Below, one piece after another: positions 56,854 to 64,000 of a DNA stretch of 64,000 nucleotides (the first letter of the stretch is position 1; each line of letters begins with the position of its first letter). The translations under genes and the position numbers were made by a program. The stretch is from a virus: the IMG/VR virus record IMGVR_UViG_3300027763_000026, one strand, 5' to 3'. The notes under the pieces were generated by a model that saw nothing but the letters and a program-made list of their open reading frames with translations, was not told where the DNA came from and made no database searches.

Positions 56854-59544
56854 TTAAATTCCTGTGGTTCCCATAAGAAATGCTACTAATCCTTTTGCAC
56901 GAAGCTTTAGTGTTTTATAAAAAGCTACATCATTTATAGATGGGTCTCTCATATGGGGCATTGTTGTAAGTACTGAGGAGTAATTACCAACAACTGGCTG
57001 CTGGTTTGAATAACGGACATGTGTAAAAGTGGTTGGATTAATTACTGTAATAGCTGACGTAACACTCTTTACATTAGCACTATTATTCAAATCATTAACG
57101 CTTATTGCCTGGGTTCCAACAGCACCATAAACATGAATAAAATCATTTGTAGTAAATCCATGATTGACACTTGTTGTTATTGTTTGTTGAATGCCTTGCC
57201 GAGGAGCATTTGCATTACCATTTGTAAGTCTACCCTGATTGAATGGTTGATCTAAAACATTAACTGTTCCGCTATTAGTTGTTGCTCCAGCTGATCCATT
57301 TACAGGAATTGTAAACGTGGTTGAACTTGTTCCTGTAGCAACCCAAGATCCATTTAATGCTGCATTTGAACAACCTTCTATTACAACAGTAAATACTTCA
57401 GATCCAGATCCACCATGGGCCTGCGAACATACAATGACAGCTGGATTCGCAGCTGATGTAGACGCAATAGATACACTTTGTGGTGTGTGCAGATAGTCTA
57501 CACTTGCTGCAGTTACCCCCGTGTATTGAGATGGCGAGTTTACCCAACGCTTTTTTGTTGTGTCATACCATAGATCGAATCCATTTTCCGTGCATGAATA
57601 TTTTGGAAAACCATTTGTTGTGCCGTTTCTATTATAAATTCCTGCAGAAAAAATTGGTAAAAGTGCTCCATTGTCACTATTTCTCAATTGAGTAGTGCTA
57701 AGAAATATATGAGAATCGTGTGCTGCGCCTACTATAGTTGCTGCAGATATTGGAGCGCTTCCTGAGAATTGAGGGCTTGAATTTGTGAGTCTCATAATTC
57801 CTTCGCCCACAACACCATTTAAATCTGTTGGTACAGGCGCTGTGAGAGTGGTTAATCCAGTTGAAGTCGCAGTCCACACACCATTATATCTAAGAGCAAC
57901 GCCAGTGCATCCAGAAATTGCAACTTGTGTGCCAGTTGTTATTCCGTGGTTTGTTGCGGTTGTAATTGTAGCAACCCCAGCTGATGTAGTAATAGAGTTG
58001 ATAGTAAGTAAGCTGGTTGGTCCAATGGTTATAACTCGATTAGCGCCATAGGTAGTTGTTCCATTTGTTCCATCTAAAGCATCTAATCTTGATAAGATAT
58101 TAGACAAGGATAACTCAGAGCAAGTCCAAGTTACAGTACCATCTACAACAGTATTTCCAATTGTCGTGGGCCAAGTAGGTTGTGAAACGCCAGAAGTTCC
58201 TGCGGTTGTGCAAATATATTTTCTTCCATTTTTAGTTATAGGTGTAACAGCGACTTCTTGTCTTTGGATTGTTGCTGTGCCTGCGGCAATCTGCGTAGTT
58301 GCAATAATTGTATATGTGAATTGATTAGCAGTAATTCGAGTAACTGGGACAGCTGATACATTAAAATTGTGAACTGATACTGACGTTCCTGTAATACCAG
58401 AAACTGTGATTATATCACCAGTTTGAAGTCCATGGTCTTGAATATCTACAGTGCATGTTGTTCCTGTTGTAGTTGAAGAAAAAGCTGATGCAGGTGCTGT
58501 GAATAACCTATATGATGGATAATATGTGCTTGCTGACCATGCATTGTGTCTATCAAGACCTACATCTCCACTATTAAAATTTCCATTTATATGTTTCAAA
58601 GTAGAACCTATTAAAAGAGTAGTGAAAGAGTTCATTGAAGCGGTCGAACTATAAATCGTAAAGACCCCCCCAACATTAGCTAGAGCAGGAAGTCTAATAG
58701 TGGTAATACTGTTTGCGTTACTAGAATTAAATTGAATTGCCCCTGCAACATTAGCTAGAGCAGGCAAGTTAACAACTGTAAGAGCTTGCGCATTGCTTGA
58801 AATTAGTACAAAATTACCAACTACAGAAGCTAAAGCAGGAAAGCTAATAGTAGTAAGAGAATTACCAACACCTGCCACCACGGTAGCAGCCCCACCAATA
58901 GAAGCGAGAACAGGGAATTCAATTGTACTTATAAGATTTAAGCTAGCGGTGCTAGCGATAAATGTGAAAGCTCCACCAACAGAAACTAAAGCAGGAAAAC
59001 TAACAGTGGTTAGAGAATTTGCGCTAAAACTAGTGCCAGTAAATCCAAAAGATCCACCAATAGAAACTAGAGCAGGAAAACTAATACTGGTTAGAGAATT
59101 TACAGTAGTAGTAGCGCTACTATTAAAAGACGAGCCAATAGAGGCTAGATTAGGAAAGCTAAGACTGGTTAGAGAATTCATACTACCATTAAAAGGAGAG
59201 AAAGATAAACCAACAGAAGTTAGAACAGGAAAGCTAAGATTAGTTAACTTAGACAAATTTTGTATGGTGAAAGAATCTCTAACTCCTACTATATTTGTAG
59301 AAGATAAAGATGTGAGGTTATCGAAGTTTAAGTTATTATACCCCGTAATAAAAAGACTTGTGATCCATTTTCCATAGAGAAGAGCTGCGGTTTGAGAACC
59401 AGATAAACCCAATAAAGCGCCTCTTAATGGATTAGTTGTAAAAATAGGAATGCGAGGTATTGGTAAAGTACCAGCATATGAAAGATCAAAAGAGTCTGTT
59501 GGTAAATTTGATCTTGCTTCTGTTAAATTTTTTAAACTTCCCAT
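56854..59544 (-). CDS. ~896-aa mosaic protein: L-domain-like LRR repeats, CBM5/12-like motif, repeated HG beta domains (start revised to ATG 59544)
   Basis: About eight NSLTxxSFPALxSVGG repeats; AWSASTYY...YICTTAGTSG; four T..HG..TG..V.I.G units; GTGTAA 8 nt upstream of ATG 59544. Confidence 0.7.
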   Translation of the reverse strand: MGSLKNLTEARSNLPTDSFDLSYAGTLPIPRIPIFTTNPLRGALLGLSGSQTAALLYGKWITSLFITGYNNLNFDNLTSLSSTNIVGVRDSFTIQNLSKLTNLSFPVLTSVGLSFSPFNGSMNSLTSLSFPNLASIGSSFNSSATTTVNSLTSISFPALVSIGGSFGFTGTSFSANSLTTVSFPALVSVGGAFTFIASTASLNLISTIEFPVLASIGGAATVVAGVGNSLTTISFPALASVVGNFVLISSNAQALTVVNLPALANVAGAIQFNSSNANSITTIRLPALANVGGVFTIYSSTASMNSFTTLLIGSTLKHINGNFNSGDVGLDRHNAWSASTYYPSYRLFTAPASAFSSTTTGTTCTVDIQDHGLQTGDIITVSGITGTSVSVHNFNVSAVPVTRITANQFTYTIIATTQIAAGTATIQRQEVAVTPITKNGRKYICTTAGTSGVSQPTWPTTIGNTVVDGTVTWTCSELSLSNILSRLDALDGTNGTTTYGANRVITIGPTSLLTINSITTSAGVATITTATNHGITTGTQVAISGCTGVALRYNGVWTATSTGLTTLTAPVPTDLNGVVGEGIMRLTNSSPQFSGSAPISAATIVGAAHDSHIFLSTTQLRNSDNGALLPIFSAGIYNRNGTTNGFPKYSCTENGFDLWYDTTKKRWVNSPSQYTGVTAASVDYLHTPQSVSIASTSAANPAVIVCSQAHGGSGSEVFTVVIEGCSNAALNGSWVATGTSSTTFTIPVNGSAGATTNSGTVNVLDQPFNQGRLTNGNANAPRQGIQQTITTSVNHGFTTNDFIHVYGAVGTQAISVNDLNNSANVKSVTSAITVINPTTFTHVRYSNQQPVVGNYSSVLTTMPHMRDPSINDVAFYKTLKLRAKGLVAFLMGTTGI

Positions 59545-59552
59545 ATATGCCT

Positions 59553-59558
59553 TTACAC
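59553..59558 (-). promoter_or_regulatory. GTGTAA motif formed by last codon and stop of the 236-aa gene
   Basis: GTG TAA, 8 nt upstream of ATG 59544. Confidence 0.6.
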
Positions 59559-60263
59559 TATTCTCCATCCGTAAATTCCACCAACAAAAACGCTTTTCAT
59601 ACTTAAACCTGCTGCATCTCCTGTAAATGGAGAATTTTCGCCTTCTATATTATTTCCGTTTCCACTCAAAATAAAATTATTTCCACTCCAAGTATAAAAT
59701 GGATCAACAAATTCAAGATAATTTCCTGTTGATGGAGACGCAGGAAGATTAAATGCAAATGAAGTACTTCTTGTGTCTGCAAGATATTTTGTTCCATTTA
59801 CAATTGAAGTTTGGTTGCCTGTTATATGAATATAAACGTCTTCTCCGATCAAGCTCACTGCTGTTCCATTTACCCTAGGTCTAGCATTTAGATTAAAATT
59901 TCCTGTTTTATAAGTTAAACTAAGAACGTCCGCAACTCTACTAGCGTCATCTACTAAATAAGCCGTACCCAAATTCATTTTAAATGATTGGTTTGGAGAA
60001 GCTTGCAAAATTGTAATTGTGCTTGGTGTAGTATTCCTACCTAGAGATATAGTATGCCTATCATTTGCAACAACCAACTCTTTATTTCCAAAATCTAAAG
60101 CTGTGAAAGGGTGCGCTGGATTTATTCCAGATATCACATTTATTGACTCTACTCCATAATTTGTAATTCCACTAAGGATCAAAGTCCCTGCAGAACTGGA
60201 ATCTTCTTGATTGAACGAAATTGAAGTGTTTGGAAGATGCGATACTATATCTAGCTTTTTCAT
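59553..60263 (-). CDS. 236-aa fibre-associated protein
   Basis: RPRVNGTAVSLIGE motif; C-terminal YLADT...FNLPASPSTG...TWSGNNFIL.GNG module typical of phage fibre proteins. Confidence 0.6.
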   Translation of the reverse strand: MKKLDIVSHLPNTSISFNQEDSSSAGTLILSGITNYGVESINVISGINPAHPFTALDFGNKELVVANDRHTISLGRNTTPSTITILQASPNQSFKMNLGTAYLVDDASRVADVLSLTYKTGNFNLNARPRVNGTAVSLIGEDVYIHITGNQTSIVNGTKYLADTRSTSFAFNLPASPSTGNYLEFVDPFYTWSGNNFILSGNGNNIEGENSPFTGDAAGLSMKSVFVGGIYGWRIV

Positions 60264-61093
60264 TGCGTTACATCATTTTCGCAATTTATATATGACCCAT
60301 TATTTATCCCCGCATCTATTCCAAAACTTTTCTGATTCGCTTTGCAATTTATAAATTTTCCAGTAACTATGATTGCGCAGGCTCCAAACGAGTAATTATT
60401 CGCTTTGCAGTTTTCAAAGTAACCATTAGCTTCTCCAGCGTATGAGCCAAAAGCGTAACTGCTTCCTATACAATTTATAAATTTACCATTTGCTCTTCCT
60501 TTAAAACCAAAAGAAAATTTTCCAGCTGAAACATTTTTATAAGTTCCATTATAGCTTACTCTATTTCTCATACTTTGGATAGATTCAGTCAAACTAATAA
60601 AATCGACATTCTCGATATAAGTCTGACCAAAATTTTGCCCAGGGCTAAGATTCAAATAATACGCAGCAGGTAAATTACCCAGTCTATCATCATAATAAAT
60701 TCTGTCTTCTTCTGTTAAAGTTAGCGTATGCCATGGTGACGCAAACGACGTATTAGTGTTTTTTACTACTAAATTCGCAAGAGAAATATAATCAAGCAAT
60801 TGATTGATTGTCCCATTGTTCGGTAGGCTAATATCAGAAGTAATAATTGATTTATTTACTTCGTTTAAACCGACAATATCAATAAAATTTTTATTTAAAA
60901 TTAATGACGAGGAACCTAAGTCGAATGTTCCTGGCTCTAGATATATAATGTATCTATTATTTTCATTTAAACCAATCGCAGAGAGTTCTGAATATTTTTT
61001 TAATAGATCTTTACCATTTTGAATTTGATCTGCCGTATTTTTAATTATAAAACTTTTATAATTTTTTCTTTGTAATAAATTGAGATAATTCAT
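60260..61093 (-). CDS. 277-aa pectin-lyase-like beta-helix protein
   Basis: IYLEPGTFDL motif and repeated G.F.NC.A...SFG units. Confidence 0.55.
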   Translation of the reverse strand: MNYLNLLQRKNYKSFIIKNTADQIQNGKDLLKKYSELSAIGLNENNRYIIYLEPGTFDLGSSSLILNKNFIDIVGLNEVNKSIITSDISLPNNGTINQLLDYISLANLVVKNTNTSFASPWHTLTLTEEDRIYYDDRLGNLPAAYYLNLSPGQNFGQTYIENVDFISLTESIQSMRNRVSYNGTYKNVSAGKFSFGFKGRANGKFINCIGSSYAFGSYAGEANGYFENCKANNYSFGACAIIVTGKFINCKANQKSFGIDAGINNGSYINCENDVTQ

Positions 61094-61094
61094 A

Positions 61095-61481
61095 TTAAAG
61101 TCCTGGATTACTAATTATGGTCGCCCATCCTGAGTAATATGAGTTATTTACACCTAATAACTCTATCGATTCATTTTTTTGCATAGATATTGAATCCAGT
61201 TGATCTATGTTAGCCGAACCTGATATAACCAATAATCCTTCTCCTAAATTCTTGATATTAAACCTTAATCCATTCGATACTGGAGGTAGGTATCCAGTCA
61301 CTCCAGAAGGACTACTCACTAAATTTAAATAATAATTTGAAATATTAAAATTACCGATATGGTAATTGAATTGACTAGTTGCGCTACTCGATCCCCCGCT
61401 ACTCGATCCAATAAAAGATTGATTGATATATCCAGAAAGTTCAGTTAAATCTAATTGCTTTAAACGAATTAAATTTGCCAT
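61095..61481 (-). CDS. 128-aa hypothetical fibre-associated protein
   Basis: MANLIRLKQLD N-terminus; LPPVSNG.RFNIKNLG module; SD-like AAGG. Confidence 0.6.
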   Translation of the reverse strand: MANLIRLKQLDLTELSGYINQSFIGSSSGGSSSATSQFNYHIGNFNISNYYLNLVSSPSGVTGYLPPVSNGLRFNIKNLGEGLLVISGSANIDQLDSISMQKNESIELLGVNNSYYSGWATIISNPGL

Positions 61482-61482
61482 A

Positions 61483-63423
61483 TTAATTTACCTTGCTATG
61501 ATATAAAATACTTGCTAAGTAAGTGTCAATTTGATGATCGCAAGCTATGTTATTTATGGTTGAAATTAATTCTTGATTTTTATCAAAAGGTTGATTTATA
61601 TAATCTTCTATTTTTACATTCCAATTTTCTGGAGACTCATTAGCAATGATTAATTTTGAAATTTGGTTGGCTACGTCTTTTTGACTAAAACTTAACTTTT
61701 TAATATTATGTTTTTTTCTTAATAACGCGGCAACTTCTTCTTCTAATTTTTGAGCAGAAATAAGGTTTTCTTTTATTTTATAAACGCTATATTTCTCTTC
61801 TAAAGAAGCCTTGGATTGTTTTCCTTGACCAATTGGCTCAACATTTTTTGTCGACTGAGGAACTCCTGTTGTTCCGTTTGGTCTTCCAACATCTCCGCCT
61901 ATTTTAGTTCCGCCAATTAATGGTTGATAAAGACCTTGATCTCTTAATTCTTTATACTTTTTTTGAGAAATCAATGAATCTTCTGGTTGCGGAAGTCTTC
62001 CAGTATCAATTGCTTTTAATCCCTCTTCTGGAGTTAAGATCCCAAGCTCCATTAATCTATTATATATTCTAGAATATTGGACATCGTCTTTTAAATCAAT
62101 ATCATCAAATTCTGCTGTTGGATAATTTTTAAAACCTAATTCTTTACTTATTCTTCTCACTTCTGGTATTATAAATTCATTTATAAACGTTTGTCTTGCT
62201 TGCTTTAACCTTTCTATAAATACTTGGACTTTAATTGTCGTATTAGCAAATTTTTCATTTCCTATAAGGATATTATTCAATCCCACTTGAATATCTCTAT
62301 CGACAACTTCATATTTTTCTGGACCAAGCAAATTACCGATATTAGGAATAACAAATTCTGCCTTTGTTGTATAATCTGCAATCAACACTCTACCGACGCT
62401 TTGGTTTTGAAATAAATTTTGCATTGCTTCTAGATTTTTTTGATTAACTCCGCCCTTTTCTGGATCTGTACCCATAGTGACAAGAAGAATAGCTTGTTGC
62501 ATTGTACGAGTTATAGCCATATCCATCTTTTTCATTTCTGCTTTCCAATTAATATCATCTAATACTGGAAAACCCATAGGGACAGCGAATGGTTCATAAT
62601 CTTGCTTTTTATAAAAAACCGCGCAAAGCCTTTCAGCCTCTAATGGTAGCGTTAAAATTCCAACTGTTCTTTTTTTGATAAGCTCTTGAGTCTCTGGAGG
62701 TAGGCCTTTTAAGACTTCTCTATCTTCATCTGTTTTAGGAGTCTTTAATCTTTCTAATTCGTAATCGCTCAAAACCTTGTAAAACCTTCCAGAAGAAAAA
62801 TTTATAGTTCCACCAATTTGAATATCTGAAGGGTTTAATATTAAATATCTTGATGGTAAATTAACTGAAGCTTTTGCGGATGTTAATCCAAACGCTTGAG
62901 TAATTTTGCTGATATCTGAATCTGAAACTTTTGTATCAAACCTATATAAAAATACGTTCCCACTTCTATAGTACTCACGAAAAAATTTATCTTGCAAATC
63001 ATATATATTTATTTTTTTAAACAAAGCTTCAAAAAAATCTCTACTTTTTTGACTACCGCCTTTAAAGTAAAGGGTACTACAAGAAAACTCAGTCATTAAA
63101 TCTATGGTATTCCTAAATATAGCAAAATTATAATACGCTTTTTGGCATAATATGACCGCATCTCTAACATTCATATTAGAGGAATTCTTTACCCCAGTTG
63201 AATATCTAAAAGGTATTAGTCCTTCGTCAATATTCTTATATCGATCTGTTCTTACGATTCCACCAGCTGTATTTCTACGCATTTGAGTACTCGACTGGTC
63301 GGATAAATCAGAGCCTGCATATGATGAACCTCTGCTTTCGTAGCTTGAAGCTTGACTAACCATCAGAGGCCCACTTTCCTCATTTTTGATTATTTTTGAT
63401 TTATTTTTAATTTTTTTAGCCAT
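61483..63423 (-). CDS. Portal protein (646 aa)
   Basis: Directly after terminase; AYYNFAIFRNTIDLMTEF, FREYYRSGNVF and YEPFAVPMGFPVL motifs are portal-like. Confidence 0.85.
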   Translation of the reverse strand: MAKKIKNKSKIIKNEESGPLMVSQASSYESRGSSYAGSDLSDQSSTQMRRNTAGGIVRTDRYKNIDEGLIPFRYSTGVKNSSNMNVRDAVILCQKAYYNFAIFRNTIDLMTEFSCSTLYFKGGSQKSRDFFEALFKKINIYDLQDKFFREYYRSGNVFLYRFDTKVSDSDISKITQAFGLTSAKASVNLPSRYLILNPSDIQIGGTINFSSGRFYKVLSDYELERLKTPKTDEDREVLKGLPPETQELIKKRTVGILTLPLEAERLCAVFYKKQDYEPFAVPMGFPVLDDINWKAEMKKMDMAITRTMQQAILLVTMGTDPEKGGVNQKNLEAMQNLFQNQSVGRVLIADYTTKAEFVIPNIGNLLGPEKYEVVDRDIQVGLNNILIGNEKFANTTIKVQVFIERLKQARQTFINEFIIPEVRRISKELGFKNYPTAEFDDIDLKDDVQYSRIYNRLMELGILTPEEGLKAIDTGRLPQPEDSLISQKKYKELRDQGLYQPLIGGTKIGGDVGRPNGTTGVPQSTKNVEPIGQGKQSKASLEEKYSVYKIKENLISAQKLEEEVAALLRKKHNIKKLSFSQKDVANQISKLIIANESPENWNVKIEDYINQPFDKNQELISTINNIACDHQIDTYLASILYHSKVN

Positions 63424-63435
63424 TGATATTAATTA

Positions 63436-63441
63436 TTACAC
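63436..63441 (-). promoter_or_regulatory. GTGTAA motif (candidate late promoter)
   Basis: 12 nt upstream of portal ATG 63423. Confidence 0.65.
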
Positions 63442-63443
63442 CT

Positions 63444-64000
63444 TTATTTAAGCATTATAGGCGAAAAAGTCGCTATTTCTATTGTTTCTGGTTGTTCCAT
63501 CATGTCATTATAGCATTTTAAACCCCAATTCGCTAACATAAGTGCAGAATAATTATCTTTTCTTGCTTTGTTCGCCGAAGAGCTCCTTTTGAGATGCTGT
63601 GGAAGATCGAAAGTCTGAGTACCCCTGCTTGTAGAAGAATGCTCTACTAGAGCACATTGTTTTTTTGTTTGGTATATAAAATCGTCTTGGTTTTCTATAA
63701 AATCAAGAATAGTCCAATCTTTTTTATCTTCACTTTTCATTAAATCTATTGGTGCGCTTTTGTTTATAACCTCATTAAAAAATGATTCATGCGCGCCTGT
63801 TCTACTAGCAAACCATATTTTTTTATAATCAATGCAGGCCTGTAAATATTCATTTGCTTTTCTAATAAATGTGCCAGTAAATACTTGATTAAAGGCTATT
63901 CGTTTATCTTCTACGTTATATTTTTTTCTAGCGTTACGAATCATAAATTCATATTCTGGTCCATCAAGATCTGAGTCTATATCAAATGTTTTTATTTCTA
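63444..64000 (-). CDS. terL: Terminase large subunit, C-terminal nuclease part (5' truncated by window edge)
   Basis: Frame is open to the right edge (EIKTFDIDSDLDGPEYEFMIRN...); ends RKDNYSALMLANWG; immediately upstream of portal. Confidence 0.7.
   Translation of the reverse strand, partial: EIKTFDIDSDLDGPEYEFMIRNARKKYNVEDKRIAFNQVFTGTFIRKANEYLQACIDYKKIWFASRTGAHESFFNEVINKSAPIDLMKSEDKKDWTILDFIENQDDFIYQTKKQCALVEHSSTSRGTQTFDLPQHLKRSSSANKARKDNYSALMLANWGLKCYNDMMEQPETIEIATFSPIMLK

Noticed and set aside
59545-59568. Track start sites at 59568, 51923, 41934, 48757 and 35953
   Set aside because: Each overlaps an upstream gene or the GTGTAA element; downstream ATGs fit stop/start coupling, motif spacing or paralog alignment better.
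3440-60022. Plus-strand ORFs of 60-194 aa (e.g. 4250-4681, 22497-22739, 45267-45659, 58793-59377)
   Set aside because: All lie antisense to long, well-supported minus-strand genes, lack ribosome-binding sites and show mirror-image composition.
61148-61153. GTGTAA inside the 128-aa CDS, 54 nt before ATG 61093
   Set aside because: It is intragenic and farther from a start than the other copies, so it cannot be distinguished from a chance hexamer without transcript data.
1-64000. Stop-codon reassignment (as in some large phages)
   Set aside because: The standard code gives long, tightly packed ORFs with near-complete coding density and no fragmented genes.

Overview
AT-rich (about 30% GC) segment of a large tailed dsDNA phage (Caudoviricetes). 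It holds most of the virion morphogenesis region, and every credible gene is on the minus strand. In transcription order (right to left): 3' part of terminase large subunit, portal, a ~16 kb island of fibre/lectin-like genes ending in a lysis cassette (holin, three lipoproteins, pesticin-type endolysin), protease/scaffold, capsid decoration protein, major capsid protein, a second ~13 kb fibre/lectin island (1580-aa coiled-coil fibre, five tandem paralogs, PA14 protein), neck/tail-completion genes, tail tube, tail chaperones, 1801-aa tape measure, baseplate/tail-tip proteins with FG-GAP propellers, a 1597-aa mosaic adhesin and a truncated collagen-like protein. No sheath gene is visible, so the tail is probably long and non-contractile. 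A GTGTAA hexamer sits just upstream of 15 gene starts and is a candidate late promoter. Two intrinsic terminators follow the capsid and tail-tube genes. No tRNA, rRNA, CRISPR array, integrase or reverse transcriptase was recognised. All functional calls come from motif recall and gene order, not database searches.
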